From NCBI GenBank assembly GCA_963674745.2, contig CAXXDV010000001.1, positions 576,001-640,000 on the forward strand: a stretch of DNA of 64,000 nt. Reading direction: 5' to 3'. Positions within the stretch are counted from its first letter, which is position 1; every line of letters begins with the position of its first letter. The notes beneath the pieces are model-generated. The model saw nothing but the letters and a program-made list of their open reading frames with translations. It made no database searches and was not told where the DNA came from. The stretch comes from Desulfosudaceae bacterium. GTDB lineage: Bacteria > Desulfobacterota > Desulfobacteria > Desulfobacterales > Desulfosudaceae. This document shows, in pieces, positions 18,252-28,512 of the stretch. Both the position numbers and the translations under genes were made by a program.

Positions 18252-18794
18252 TCAGATATACGGCTCGACCAGGTCCAAACCCAGTTGAAAAGCCTTTTTA
18301 TTGGCGGCCAGAAAATCCGGCGGAACCCGGGTCGCGATCGTTTTTAATACAGCATCCCGGTTGACGATTTCGGTCAAGCCGACGACTGCACCCAGCATAC
18401 AGATATTCATGGTCACGGGCATACCGACTTTTTCAGATGCGGTTTCAGAAAAAGGCAAGCCGATCTGACGGGCGTCGACCTTTTTGAGCAATTTGATATT
18501 ATGTGATTCCGTTATAATCAGTCCGCCGGGACGAATGGCCATGGAATACTTGTTATACGCCTGCTGGGTCAGGCAGACCAGAACATTAGCACTGTTCACC
18601 TTGGGAAAATTAATGGTCTCATCGGAAATAATCACCTCGGACCGGGCTGCTCCACCCCTGGCTTCCGGTCCGTAGGACTGGGACTGGACCGCATTAAGGC
18701 CTTCATACATTACCGCTGTCTCCCCCAGGATCACCGCCGCCGTGATAACACCCTGACCACCGGAACCGGAAAAGATAAATCTGGTCCTGGACAT
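18252..18794 (-). CDS. korC: 2-oxoacid:ferredoxin oxidoreductase gamma subunit
   Basis: GSGGQGVI, QSYGPEARGG. Confidence 0.88.
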   Translation of the reverse strand: MSRTRFIFSGSGGQGVITAAVILGETAVMYEGLNAVQSQSYGPEARGGAARSEVIISDETINFPKVNSANVLVCLTQQAYNKYSMAIRPGGLIITESHNIKLLKKVDARQIGLPFSETASEKVGMPVTMNICMLGAVVGLTEIVNRDAVLKTIATRVPPDFLAANKKAFQLGLDLVEPYI

Positions 18795-18797
18795 GAT

Positions 18798-19598
18798 CTA
18801 TCGCCCCGTCTTCACTTTTTTTATTATTTTTTCATATTCACTGCAATATTCTTGAAGTGACTCTTCCACAAACACCCCGCGTGGGATTTTGCCGGTATCC
18901 GAATCTTTTTCCCGACCAAGCGCAACCGTATTTTCCTTAAAAGAGAGCATCATCTCCACCGCGTCACCGGCTTTGTTGCGACGCCCGAAATTGGTCGGGC
19001 ACTGGGACATGACATCCACCACCGAAAACCCTTTGTGCCGGATGGCCCGGATAAAAATGTCCTTCATTTCCTGAACATGATAGGTGGTGGTTCGCGCCAC
19101 AAATGTGGCGCCGGAAGCCGTGGCCATCTTGACCACGTCAAAGTCATGATCAATGTTGGTGTACGGCGAAGTCGTGGCTTTGATGCCATAACCGGACAAG
19201 GGTGAAAACTGCCCGCCGGTCATGCCGTAAATCCGGTTATTCATGACAATAGCCGTCATGTCTATGTTCCGGCGGCAGGCATGGATAAAGTGATTGCCGC
19301 CGATAGCCAGTGCGTCGCCGTCCCCCATGGGCACGATACAGGTCAATTCCGGCTGGCTCATCTTCACGCCCGTGGCAAAGGCCAGGGCACGGCCATGGAG
19401 GGTGTGCAGGGTATGAAAATCAACATATCCGGTCACCCTGGCCGAACACCCAATACCGGAAACCATGACAATATCATTCTTCTCCAGCTCCATCTCGTCG
19501 ATTGCCCGCAAAAGGCTGTTTAAGACAATCCCGTGCCCGCAACCCGGGCACCAGATGTGGGGAAAAAACCGTTCTCTGATATAATCCCGCACTGCCAT
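18798..19598 (-). CDS. korB: 2-oxoacid:ferredoxin oxidoreductase beta subunit
   Basis: WCPGCG, SGIGCS, GDGD..IGGNH, YGMTGGQ. Start MAVRDY 2 nt after the alpha stop. Confidence 0.92.
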   Translation of the reverse strand: MAVRDYIRERFFPHIWCPGCGHGIVLNSLLRAIDEMELEKNDIVMVSGIGCSARVTGYVDFHTLHTLHGRALAFATGVKMSQPELTCIVPMGDGDALAIGGNHFIHACRRNIDMTAIVMNNRIYGMTGGQFSPLSGYGIKATTSPYTNIDHDFDVVKMATASGATFVARTTTYHVQEMKDIFIRAIRHKGFSVVDVMSQCPTNFGRRNKAGDAVEMMLSFKENTVALGREKDSDTGKIPRGVFVEESLQEYCSEYEKIIKKVKTGR

Positions 19599-19600
19599 GC

Positions 19601-20749
19601 CTACACCCCCCTGCCCTGAATCAGCCGCAGCATACTTCGGATATCGGTCGGTGTGATAAACACCCCGTCGAGCCGGTTCACCAGGTAAACCCGTTCCGGA
19701 TGATCCACGGCATCTTTGACTTCCTTTAATATCTGCCCCATGTTCATTTCGACCACAGCGACATATTCCGCTTCGGCGCACAGGCGACGGACAATTTCAT
19801 GGGGAAAGGGCCACAGTGTCTGAAGTTCCAGCAAGCCGTAACGCTCCCCCCGGCGACGGCGGTTTTCCACCAGATGAAGCGCGGAACGGGCGGAAGAACC
19901 GTAAGAGACCAGGACCATGGCAGCGTCATCCATGTAATAGGTTTTATAATGGGCCATACTGGAAACATTATTGTTGATCTTATCCGCCAGATGTCGCATC
20001 AGGCCATGGACGACGGCGGGATCGCTCGAGGGGAACCCCCACATATCGTGAAACAGACCGGTAACATTGTAGCGGTGGACACTACCGAAATCGGACATGG
20101 GCAGCCGGCCGTCCTCCCTGGGCAGGTAGGGATGAAAATCCACACCCTGCTTGACGGAAGTACGCAGCCGTTCCGTCACCACCAGCTCACCTCGTTCAGG
20201 CACCGACACCCGCTCCCGGGTATGTCCGGTCACCTCATCCAGCAGCAGGATGACCGGCGTTCGGTAAGTCTCGGCGATATTAAAGGCCTCGACCGTTATG
20301 GCAAACACGTCCTGGTTATTCGAGGCGGTCAGCGCCACAATGGCATGATCACCGTGTGTCCCCCAGCGGGCCTGGTTCACATCCCCCTGCATGGCATGGG
20401 TCGGCAGACCGGTAGACGGTCCGCCGCGCTGGACATTAACGATAACACAGGGAATTTCCGCCATAACGGCATAACCAAGGGCCTCCTGCATGAGCGAAAA
20501 ACCCGGGCCACTGGTCGCGGTCATCACTTTGTGGCCTGTCAAAGAAGCGCCGATGGCGGCGCACAAAGAAGCGATCTCGTCTTCCATCTGCAGGAACTTA
20601 CCGCCGATGGTCGGCAAAACAGAGGCCATGTATTCGGCAATTTCCGTGGACGGTGTAATGGGATAACCGGCAAAAAAATCCAGGCCCGCGTACAGGGCCG
20701 CCTGGGCACAGGCCTCATTGCCCTGGATAAATTTTATGTTATCGCTCAT
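19601..20749 (-). CDS. korA: 2-oxoacid:ferredoxin oxidoreductase alpha subunit
   Basis: AGYPITPSTE, QMEDEI, ATSGPGFSLMQE, QRGGPSTGLPT. Confidence 0.92.
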   Translation of the reverse strand: MSDNIKFIQGNEACAQAALYAGLDFFAGYPITPSTEIAEYMASVLPTIGGKFLQMEDEIASLCAAIGASLTGHKVMTATSGPGFSLMQEALGYAVMAEIPCVIVNVQRGGPSTGLPTHAMQGDVNQARWGTHGDHAIVALTASNNQDVFAITVEAFNIAETYRTPVILLLDEVTGHTRERVSVPERGELVVTERLRTSVKQGVDFHPYLPREDGRLPMSDFGSVHRYNVTGLFHDMWGFPSSDPAVVHGLMRHLADKINNNVSSMAHYKTYYMDDAAMVLVSYGSSARSALHLVENRRRRGERYGLLELQTLWPFPHEIVRRLCAEAEYVAVVEMNMGQILKEVKDAVDHPERVYLVNRLDGVFITPTDIRSMLRLIQGRGV

Positions 20750-20752
20750 GGC

Positions 20753-20965
20753 CTACTCTGCCTCCTGAACCGTAATGGCCAGATCCGGGCACCTGAACTC
20801 ACAAAGCCGGCATCCGATACATGCTTCCGGATGTTCGGCAAACGCTTTGCCATCCTCGTCCGCCGCCAGCACCTGTTTGGGGCAGAACCGGATACAGATG
20901 CCGCACCCCTTACACCAATCCCGCTCAATAATATGTGCAAATCTCTTTTCAGATGGTTTAGCCAT
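20753..20965 (-). CDS. korD: 2x[4Fe-4S] ferredoxin, oxidoreductase delta subunit
   Basis: CKGCGICIRFCP, CIGCRLCEFRCPD. Confidence 0.9.
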   Translation of the reverse strand: MAKPSEKRFAHIIERDWCKGCGICIRFCPKQVLAADEDGKAFAEHPEACIGCRLCEFRCPDLAITVQEAE

Positions 20966-21008
20966 AGTGTGAATTCTATACTTGTCTATACCCCGGGCTT
21001 TTCACGGG

Positions 21009-22172
21009 TCATATAAATCTGTTCATAGCCTCTTCAATCACGGATTCAACATTTTCCGGGGTAATGCCCACCTTGTCACACAAGGCCCTGGCCTGGCCCA
21101 TTCGTCCCGGATCATTCATGTCGTCCAGGCTGTGAAAAAAGGACAGCCTGCGGCCGACCTGATACAACGTCTGTTGCTCGGCTGACATGTCCAGAAAACG
21201 GCGAACCGGCGTCATCATTTTCTCCTTGTCATCCGGCAGCATACCGTCGACCTCCTCAAAAAGGTTCAACACATGGTCGCTTTTAACAGCAGAATGAATA
21301 CCCTCAAGACAATCCAGGAACAGGAGCAGCTCCCGGGCCATCTGGATGTCGGTACACTTTTTAAACCGACCGGCTTTATATTCATCATGCAGATCCAATC
21401 CCGGGGGGACGGCCAGGGTCCGCAGACGGATAAAATCCGGATCAATCTGGTTTAAGGCATCGGCGGTTTGCCGCGCGTGCTCTTCAGACAAATCCTGTCC
21501 GCCCAGACCGGGCATGACATATTCTGACAACTCAAACCCGGCCGCTTTTACTTTCCGGCCGGCTTTAACATGCTCGGCTTTGGTCACCCCTTTTTTAACC
21601 ATTTCAAGGACCCGGTCCGATCCTGACTCAAGCCCGATATGGATCCTGTCCAGACCCGCCTGCCGGATCTGTTCCAGCTTATCCTGGGGAATACGGCAGA
21701 TGGTATGCGACCGGGCATAAGACGTCACCCGTTCAATATTTGGAAAGCGTCCGGTGAGGTGCCGCAGGATATCAATCATATGATCCGGTTTGATGATCAG
21801 GCTGTTGGCATCCTGAATAAAAACCGATTGCATACCGTTGCCGAGCCAGTTGACGGCCGCCTGCAACGCCGGCTGCTGCCCGGCCGGAAAGGTTTCAGCT
21901 ACGTTATAAAAAGCTTCCCGGGAAATCATACCCTGGTGATCGGCAGCTTCCGAGAGCTTCTGGACGGCGTCATAAACCGCGTCAATATCGGCCTTGACAT
22001 GTTCGGGGTCGCGAAGGGAAAAACGGGTTCCTTTGTAAACCGGGCAGAACGTGCACCTGTTCCAGGGGCAGTTCCGCGTCACCCGAATCAGCAGGCTTTG
22101 GGCCTCACTGGGCGGCCGTATGGGCCCCTGCTCAAACCCCTGGTACGTTTTATCTTTTTTCTCTCCGGCCAT
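21009..22172 (-). CDS. Radical SAM protein of unknown function
   Basis: GPIRPPSEA, CPWNRCTFC-type cluster motif, HIGLESGSD. Confidence 0.85.
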   Translation of the reverse strand: MAGEKKDKTYQGFEQGPIRPPSEAQSLLIRVTRNCPWNRCTFCPVYKGTRFSLRDPEHVKADIDAVYDAVQKLSEAADHQGMISREAFYNVAETFPAGQQPALQAAVNWLGNGMQSVFIQDANSLIIKPDHMIDILRHLTGRFPNIERVTSYARSHTICRIPQDKLEQIRQAGLDRIHIGLESGSDRVLEMVKKGVTKAEHVKAGRKVKAAGFELSEYVMPGLGGQDLSEEHARQTADALNQIDPDFIRLRTLAVPPGLDLHDEYKAGRFKKCTDIQMARELLLFLDCLEGIHSAVKSDHVLNLFEEVDGMLPDDKEKMMTPVRRFLDMSAEQQTLYQVGRRLSFFHSLDDMNDPGRMGQARALCDKVGITPENVESVIEEAMNRFI

Positions 22173-22298
22173 CTCCGCTTGTCCCCGATAAAATCGATTC
22201 TTTTAAAGATTATAACACACCGACACGTAAGATCAACAACCGCTTTTCAGGGGAATGGTACGGGGATTTCATCGTCAAACAACCCTGCGGAAACCCAT

Positions 22299-22330
22299 AA
22301 AAAAAGGGTTCACGAATATCGGAACCCTTT
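22299..22330 (-). terminator. Hairpin/terminator after tRNA-Leu
   Basis: AAAGGGTTC...GAACCCTTT stem with a T run on the minus strand. Confidence 0.6.
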
Positions 22331-22340
22331 GATTGTTTTA

Positions 22341-22427
22341 TGGTGCCGGAGGACGGAGTCGAACCGTCACGAAGTTGCCTTCGGAGGATTTTGAGTCCTC
22401 TGCGTCTACCAGTTTCACCACTCCGGC
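22341..22427 (-). tRNA. tRNA-Leu(CAA)
   Basis: Reverse complement GCCGGAGTGGTGAAACTGGTAGACGCAGAGGACT-CAA-AATCCTC...GGTTCGACTCCGTCCTCCGGCACCA; long variable arm; encoded CCA. Confidence 0.97.
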
Positions 22428-22438
22428 ATCAGCTTGAA

Positions 22439-22467
22439 CTTATAAAAAATCAGGGCCGGTTTGTCAA
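22439..22467 (-). promoter_or_regulatory. Sigma-70 promoter for tRNA-Leu
   Basis: TTGACA-N17-TATAAG about 11 nt upstream of the tRNA. Confidence 0.7.
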
Positions 22468-22538
22468 CAGAATTACCTCACAAATTGCCCGGTTAATACC
22501 ATCGTTTGCAGGGAAGCATCATTTTTCATGAGCGCCGC

Positions 22539-23183
22539 TTAATGATTCAACGCGGCAAAAATCAGGTCCGCAGAAACAGCCCCCTCCCGCAAAACCCGGG
22601 GCGGTGAAACGGTAACATCCACCACCGTCGAACCCTGTCCGCCTTTCAGGCGGCCGGCATCAAGGATAAGATCGGGCGGTTCGAGCAGGGTTTCATTCAA
22701 CCCCTCGGTGGTTTCAAAACCGGGTTGTCCGGAAAGGTTGGCGCTGGTGCCGGTTATGGGATTGTCCAGTGCGTGGACCAGTGCCCTGGCCACAGGGTGA
22801 GCCGGTACACGGAGGCCGATCTTTCCCGTACCCGACGTCAGGTGTTCGGGTACGGTTCGGACGGCATCAAATATCAGTGTCACCATTCCCGGCCAGAAGC
22901 TATCCATCAGTAAACGGGCCGGGGGAGGAATTTCTGACACAAACGAAGATATCACATCCTGATTTTGAACCAGCAGAAGAATCGGGTTTCCCGCCGCACG
23001 TCCTTTCATGCGACGGATCTTATCCACCGCCGGCCGGATAAAAGCATCCGCCGCCAGGCCATACAGGGAGGTGGCCGGGAAAGCCACCACTCCTCCGGAT
23101 TCAATTATCCCGCAAGCGGTATCAATCAAATCCGAATCAGGCTGCAGAGCGTTGATAAGCTGAGTATTATGGCCGTGCTTCAT
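22539..23183 (-). CDS. tsaC: L-threonylcarbamoyladenylate synthase (YrdC/Sua5 family)
   Basis: GGVVAFPATSLYGL, KGR, GTSANLSG, STVVD. Confidence 0.9.
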   Translation of the reverse strand: MKHGHNTQLINALQPDSDLIDTACGIIESGGVVAFPATSLYGLAADAFIRPAVDKIRRMKGRAAGNPILLLVQNQDVISSFVSEIPPPARLLMDSFWPGMVTLIFDAVRTVPEHLTSGTGKIGLRVPAHPVARALVHALDNPITGTSANLSGQPGFETTEGLNETLLEPPDLILDAGRLKGGQGSTVVDVTVSPPRVLREGAVSADLIFAALNH

Positions 23184-24942
23184 GCAGTTGTCTGTCTTTT
23201 TGTTCCACAGCGCGGATCATTTCTTTTTTGAAATCAGCCAGCTTGTCGGACAGTTTTTTGTCAGACACCGCCAGAATCTGAACAGCCAGCAGTCCGGCGT
23301 TTCTCGCCCCCGGCTTGCCGACCGCCACCGTCGCCACCGGGACGCCCGGCGGCATCTGCACCATGGAAAGCAACGCGTCCAGCCCGTTCAAGGGTGAGGC
23401 GTCAATCGGCACGCCGATGACCGGCAGGGTGGTATGGGCGGCCAGAGACCCTGCCAGGGCGGCAGCCATACCGGCCCCGGCGATAATAACATGAATCCCT
23501 CGCTGCCGTGCCTTTTCTGCCAGGTCAGCCACCTTTTCCGGTGTTCTGTGAGCGGAAGCAATGGTCATTTCGTAAGAAACGTCAAACCGTTTGAGCATTC
23601 CGGCCGCCTCCTCCATGACCGGCAGATCACTGTCACTGCCCAGCACGATCGTTACCCTCGGCTTCACCCCCACTCTTTTCAGGGCTTTGCCGCCGATATC
23701 CTTGCGGTAGAAAACACCCTCCCAGGATATCTTGGATACACCCGCGTAGGCCCGCGAAATTGCTTTTTCCACCGTATCCCCCAGCGCGGTAATACCAAGG
23801 ACACGCCCCCCGTCTGTCAACACCTGCCGGCCTTTACTTCGGGTTCCGGAATGAAAGGTGACCACATCTTTCATGCGGCTGGCGTTTCCAAGGCCTGAAA
23901 TAGGAAGCCCTTTCTTATACTGCCCCGGATATCCGCCGGCCGTCATGACCACGCATACGGCCGCCCGCTCATCAACTTCAAGCGTACACTCGTGGAGGCT
24001 TTCGTTGCAGACCGCTTCCATTACCGGCACAATGTCGCTCTTTAACCGCATCATCAACGGCTGAGCCTCGGGGTCACCGAAACGCACATTGAATTCCAGA
24101 ACATGGATCCTGTCTTCATCGACCATCAAACCGGCATAAAGCACGCCCTTGAATCGGATACCCTCTGAAGCCATGGCCTTTACCGTGGGCAGCATGACCG
24201 TTTCCATAATTTTGCGGTGAAGGTATTCGTCCACGATCGGTGCCGGTGAATAAGCACCCATGCCCCCGGTATTCGGCCCCTGATCACCGTCAAAAACCGT
24301 CTTATGATCCTGGGAACATGGCAGCGGGAGCACGGTCTCACCGTCTGTAAAAGCGAGAAAAGAGATCTCTTCTCCGCTCAGACGCTCTTCGATGATCACC
24401 CGGCTTCCGGCATCCCCGAACACTTTTTCTTTCATGATCTGCTTTAAGGCATCCACCGCCTGTTTTTGAGAATCACAGACAAAAACCCCCTTGCCCGCGG
24501 CCAACCCGTCGGCCTTGATGACAACTTTCGGACCGGTTTCACTGACAAAGGCGCGGGCCTCCTCAAAAACATCAAAGGACCGCCCCCGGGCAGTGGGGAT
24601 ACCATATTTCAACATGATATTCTTGGCAAAGGCCTTGCTGGTTTCCAACCGTGCGGCTTGCCGGCTGGCACCAAAAATTCGCAGCCCCTGTTCCTCAAAA
24701 CGATCCACGATACCTTTTTCAAGCGGCAGCTCAGGCCCCACAACCGTCAAGTCCACGGATTCTTCAACAGCAAATTCCAGCAGGCTGTCGACATCATCCG
24801 CTTGAATAGGGACACATTCCGCAAGACCGGCGATCCCCGCATTACCTGGCGCGCAATAAATCTTTTCCACCCTCGGGCTCTGGGATATCTTCCATACCAG
24901 GCTGTGTTCCCTGCCGCCGCCGCCGATAACCAGAATTTTCAT
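23167..24942 (-). CDS. purD: Fused phosphoribosylamine-glycine ligase / N5-CAIR mutase (PurD-PurE)
   Basis: PurD motifs [30 protein letters not shown], followed in frame by PurE motifs [24 protein letters not shown]. Confidence 0.95.
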   Translation of the reverse strand: MKILVIGGGGREHSLVWKISQSPRVEKIYCAPGNAGIAGLAECVPIQADDVDSLLEFAVEESVDLTVVGPELPLEKGIVDRFEEQGLRIFGASRQAARLETSKAFAKNIMLKYGIPTARGRSFDVFEEARAFVSETGPKVVIKADGLAAGKGVFVCDSQKQAVDALKQIMKEKVFGDAGSRVIIEERLSGEEISFLAFTDGETVLPLPCSQDHKTVFDGDQGPNTGGMGAYSPAPIVDEYLHRKIMETVMLPTVKAMASEGIRFKGVLYAGLMVDEDRIHVLEFNVRFGDPEAQPLMMRLKSDIVPVMEAVCNESLHECTLEVDERAAVCVVMTAGGYPGQYKKGLPISGLGNASRMKDVVTFHSGTRSKGRQVLTDGGRVLGITALGDTVEKAISRAYAGVSKISWEGVFYRKDIGGKALKRVGVKPRVTIVLGSDSDLPVMEEAAGMLKRFDVSYEMTIASAHRTPEKVADLAEKARQRGIHVIIAGAGMAAALAGSLAAHTTLPVIGVPIDASPLNGLDALLSMVQMPPGVPVATVAVGKPGARNAGLLAVQILAVSDKKLSDKLADFKKEMIRAVEQKDRQLHEARP

Positions 24943-25027
24943 GAGCTATCTCCTGATTTATGTTAGTATTCTTGTGTTTATTTTGCTGTCTTTGTTTGCC
25001 CTGCCGTCATATGGCTAAGGGATGATG

Positions 25028-25972
25028 TCATGATGTTTTCTCCAGGCTGAAAGCGATTAACCTGTCCAGAAGTTCGGCAAATGATATGCCGGCGGTTCCG
25101 GCGGCCAGGGGCAGAAGGCTGGTAGGCACCATACCCGGTATGGTGTTTGTCTCTAACACAAACAAATCATCCCCCCTGGCAATCATGTCGGTCCGGCTGT
25201 ATCCTTTGCAACACAAAGCCGTGTGGGCACGACAGGCATAGGCCTGAACCTTTTCCGTAAGCTTCCGGTCAATTTCGGCAGGGCAGATCTCCCTGGTGGC
25301 ACCGGGGGTATATTTGGCGGTATAATCAAAAAATCGGAACTCTTTTCCGGGGATGATTTCAACCACCGGCAATGGCTCAATTACCTCGTTGCCAAGCACG
25401 CCGCCGGTCAGTTCAATCCCCTCGATATACGCCTCGACCAGAACCGTGGCGTCATGAACCCGGGCCGCGTCAATGGCCGGCTGCAGATCTGCGGCCTCCG
25501 ATACAATGGACATCCCGATACTTGATCCGCCATTGGCGGGCTTGACCACGACGGGTTCCCCCTTCCCCGCCCACCGTCTCAGCCACTCTTCCAGACCGTC
25601 CTGCCGGCCTTTATCGATGACAAAATAGGGCGGCACCTCCAGCGCGGCCTGCTCATAAATACGCTTTGAAATCAGTTTATTGGCAGCCAAAGCACTGCCG
25701 AGCACGCCGGAACACTGATAAGGAATCCCCAAAAGGTCCAGCAAGCCCTGAATGGACCCATCTTCCCCGAAACGGCCGTGAAGGTTCACAAACGCAGTAT
25801 CAATCCGCCCCGCGTCCTGAATCAGTCGGCTGATATCGTTTTGGGGATCATATCTTAAAACAGTATATTTATTTTTATCCAGGGCGGAAAAAATCTGATC
25901 ACCGCCGGCAAGCGAGACCGCTCTTTCAGAAGATGTACCACCGGAAATCAGGGCTACGACAATTTTGGACAT
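25028..25972 (-). CDS. ddl: D-alanine-D-alanine ligase
   Basis: GGTSSERAVSL, LHGRFGEDG, GSSIG, FDYTAKY, ETNTIPGM. Confidence 0.96.
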   Translation of the reverse strand: MSKIVVALISGGTSSERAVSLAGGDQIFSALDKNKYTVLRYDPQNDISRLIQDAGRIDTAFVNLHGRFGEDGSIQGLLDLLGIPYQCSGVLGSALAANKLISKRIYEQAALEVPPYFVIDKGRQDGLEEWLRRWAGKGEPVVVKPANGGSSIGMSIVSEAADLQPAIDAARVHDATVLVEAYIEGIELTGGVLGNEVIEPLPVVEIIPGKEFRFFDYTAKYTPGATREICPAEIDRKLTEKVQAYACRAHTALCCKGYSRTDMIARGDDLFVLETNTIPGMVPTSLLPLAAGTAGISFAELLDRLIAFSLEKTS

Positions 25973-26008
25973 AAGTCGCTCACTGTCTGTTTTGTTGAAT
26001 CAAGCGGA

Positions 26009-26389
26009 TTATTTTATTTTTTTTGAAACCCTGTCGTTGAGCTTACCGAGGTACCGCTGTGGCACTTCCATCTCAACGCTTGTTTTGCGAGCCATGTTCA
26101 ATCGGGTAATAAGGAAGTTCAGCTTTTTTGTTATCCGGTATTGTTCTTCAACATCTTTTACACCGGAAAGGAGATCTTCAGTACGCTTGATTTCATTACG
26201 CAACTCAATCTCCGGAGGAAGACAATCGGCATTTTTCAAAATTTTATACGCCATGCGAAGATCTTCCGGGATATGACGATCATCCGACAGCACAAGGGGT
26301 TTGCCGGAACCAGGAAGGTCTTCAAAAGCGCCTTCCTTTCGGGCTTGTTCAATTCGCTGCTCGACTATTCTTGAAAATCCGGGCAACAT
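26009..26389 (-). CDS. DUF1992 (DnaJ-associated) domain protein
   Basis: IVEQRIEQARKEGAFEDLPGSGKPL, RMAYKILKNADCLPPE. The longer ORF start overlaps the tRNA. Confidence 0.85.
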   Translation of the reverse strand: MLPGFSRIVEQRIEQARKEGAFEDLPGSGKPLVLSDDRHIPEDLRMAYKILKNADCLPPEIELRNEIKRTEDLLSGVKDVEEQYRITKKLNFLITRLNMARKTSVEMEVPQRYLGKLNDRVSKKIK

Positions 26390-26417
26390 AATTGCTTGCC
26401 TGTAGAGTAAAAACGAC

Positions 26418-26448
26418 AGGCTCTTTTGAAAACAATCCAAAAGAGCCT
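26418..26448. terminator. 11-bp stem hairpin after tRNA-Met
   Basis: AGGCTCTTTTG / CAAAAGAGCCT. Confidence 0.5.
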
Positions 26449-26467
26449 TCACCATTTTCAAAAATTC

Positions 26468-26544
26468 TGGTGGCGATGCAGGGACTTGAACCCCGGACAC
26501 TACGGATATGAGCCGTATGCTCTAACCAGCTGAGCTACATCGCC
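26468..26544 (-). tRNA. tRNA-Met(CAT), probably elongator
   Basis: Reverse complement GGCGATGTAGCTCAGCTGGTTAGAGCATACGGCT-CAT-ATCCGTA...GGTTCAAGTCCCTGCATCGCCACCA. Paired G1-C72 argues against initiator tRNA. Confidence 0.95.
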
Positions 26545-26742
26545 ATTAACTTTAAAACTGATTGTTGCCGGGGGGCGCCGCAAAAAACAAGCACCACCCG
26601 TAAACAAAAAAAAGCAAATACCAGCTTATCCTCTGTTAGTCAAGTATATATATCGAAAAGAGAAAATATTATTTCCCGAAAAGGAGAATAAAACGAATAT
26701 ATCAGAGCCACATCAAACAAAATGGCCGGTGTAAGCTTTTGG

Positions 26743-28512
26743 TTAAGCAACCGGCGATGATCCCGACACCACCACCTCGTATTCAACCAGGTTTTCAGGC
26801 AATTGTGGTATCACAACCATAAAGGGGATCGTCATTCCCGGCTTGACATTGGCGTTCTTGTTGCTGTCACCGTTCTTGACCGCCAGCCTGGCGTCAATAC
26901 CCGCCAGATCTCTTGTCGCCAGGTCCTCATTGGTCAGAATGTTTCCACAATAGGCGGATGATGTCATTTCCAGCTTATGCCCTTCGGAATACAGGTTGGC
27001 CGCGACCTTGATAAACCGCTTTGGTTCCGGTGACTCATTTTTAACACTGCCCTTGATAATAAACAACTTACCATGCTTGGCATTATTGACGAAATCACTC
27101 TGCAGGGTATTTTCCATGACAATTACCTCACCGCTGCTGCGGGCGGGAACCGCTTTTTCACCACCGCCGAGCAATGAAGAAATACCACCCATCTGTGTTT
27201 CTATATACCAGTAACCACCGGCACCCAGAGCAATCAGTGTCAAAACAATAATCAGCCCAATAATCAGTCCTTTTTTGGATGATTTTTCGCCTTCTTTTTT
27301 CTTTTTCTTCTTCTCTTTTTTCTTCTTTTCTTTTTTCTTCTTTTCTTTCTTTTGCTTTTTGCCTTTTTTACCCTTGACGACGGTTTCTTCCCCTGCTTCG
27401 ACTTCTTCCTCTTCTTCCTCTTCTTCGTCTCCGTCCAGATCCAGTTCTATGGTTTCTTCATCTTCACCGACAGCCAGCATTTCTTCGATATCGGAAAAGT
27501 CTTCTTCGTCACCTAAATCCATCTCTTCGTCAAGGTCTTCGTCTTCATCATCATCCGCCAGTTCCAGCTCAACATCTTCCGGCTCTTCATCCCCTGAATC
27601 GTCATCAGGCTCAAGCAGTTCCATCTCTATGGTCTGCTCCAGATCCGCCAGATCAATCTCCTGTTGCTGGATGCTGCCGCCGGCCCCATCGTCCTCATCA
27701 AGGCCCAGGTTAAAATCCAGATCATCCTTCGAAACTTCAACGGTTTGCATAACAGAAGTGTCATCATCGGCGTCAAGCAGGCTATCTACCTCGGAGAAGT
27801 CGAGCTCTTCACTTTCATCATCATCCAGGGACAGCTCCAGGTCATCGGCGTCGACATCTTCATCCGACTCATCATCATCCAGCCCCAGTTCCATATCATC
27901 TTCATCATCTTCGTCATCATCCAGGGACAGTTCCATATCGCCGGAAGCACCTGAGGGCTCGGTTTCCAGATCAAGCTCATCATCCTCATCGTCATCCCCA
28001 TCATCATCCAGAGACAACTCCATGTCACCGGATGCACCTGAAGGCTGGATGTCGGTATCTTCCTCAATATCCAAATCCAGATCAAGTCCACCGTCATCTT
28101 CATCCATTGACAAATCCAGATCATCGGATTCCTCAGCCTCAGGGGTTTCGTCGATCTCGAGATCAAGTTCTGGCTCGGGTTCGGGCTCGGGCGCCTTGGC
28201 CGGGGGAGTCTCTCTTTTGGGTGGCGGTTCAACGGATGAGGGATAGGCTAAAAATATATGCTTGCATTTTGAACAACGGACTTTTGACCCATCCGGCTTC
28301 AAAAGGCTGCTCTTCATATTAAAACCGGCGCCGCACTGTTCACAGGTAATCAGTTCGGTTTCGGCCGGTTTTTTTACCGGCACTTTTTCCCCGGGAGGAA
28401 AGGCGCGGAAAATGTGCTTACATTTTGAGCATTGCAGCTTTGTGCCGCCGGGTTTTAACAGCTTATCGTCAAGTTTAAAGCTTTTCCCGCATTTTTCACA
28501 GGTAATGATCAT
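26743..28512 (-). CDS. Membrane protein with two MJ0042-type zinc ribbons, acidic linker, TM helix and DUF3426-like domain
   Basis: CEKC..CSKC and CEQC..CSKC, long D/E-rich tract, poly-K, hydrophobic helix, C-terminal LFIIKGSVKN..PGMTIPFMVV. Confidence 0.85.
   Translation of the reverse strand: MIITCEKCGKSFKLDDKLLKPGGTKLQCSKCKHIFRAFPPGEKVPVKKPAETELITCEQCGAGFNMKSSLLKPDGSKVRCSKCKHIFLAYPSSVEPPPKRETPPAKAPEPEPEPELDLEIDETPEAEESDDLDLSMDEDDGGLDLDLDIEEDTDIQPSGASGDMELSLDDDGDDDEDDELDLETEPSGASGDMELSLDDDEDDEDDMELGLDDDESDEDVDADDLELSLDDDESEELDFSEVDSLLDADDDTSVMQTVEVSKDDLDFNLGLDEDDGAGGSIQQQEIDLADLEQTIEMELLEPDDDSGDEEPEDVELELADDDEDEDLDEEMDLGDEEDFSDIEEMLAVGEDEETIELDLDGDEEEEEEEEVEAGEETVVKGKKGKKQKKEKKKKEKKKKEKKKKKKEGEKSSKKGLIIGLIIVLTLIALGAGGYWYIETQMGGISSLLGGGEKAVPARSSGEVIVMENTLQSDFVNNAKHGKLFIIKGSVKNESPEPKRFIKVAANLYSEGHKLEMTSSAYCGNILTNEDLATRDLAGIDARLAVKNGDSNKNANVKPGMTIPFMVVIPQLPENLVEYEVVVSGSSPVA

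Noticed and set aside
19599..19781. Extended N-terminus of korB in the ORF track
   Set aside because: Overlaps korA; the real start is MAVRDY at 19598.
19799..21016. 405-aa ORF on the + strand
   Set aside because: Antisense to korA/korD with no motifs; typical stop-poor shadow frame.
26390..26500. N-terminal extension of the DUF1992 ORF
   Set aside because: Overlaps tRNA-Met and its hairpin; the ATG at 26389 fits the domain start.
22341..26544. tRNAs as integration sites for an island or prophage
   Set aside because: No integrase or duplicated tRNA 3' end seen; flanks are housekeeping genes.
27275..28246. 323-aa Ser-rich ORF on the + strand
   Set aside because: Antisense shadow of the Asp/Glu-rich linker of the zinc-ribbon gene.
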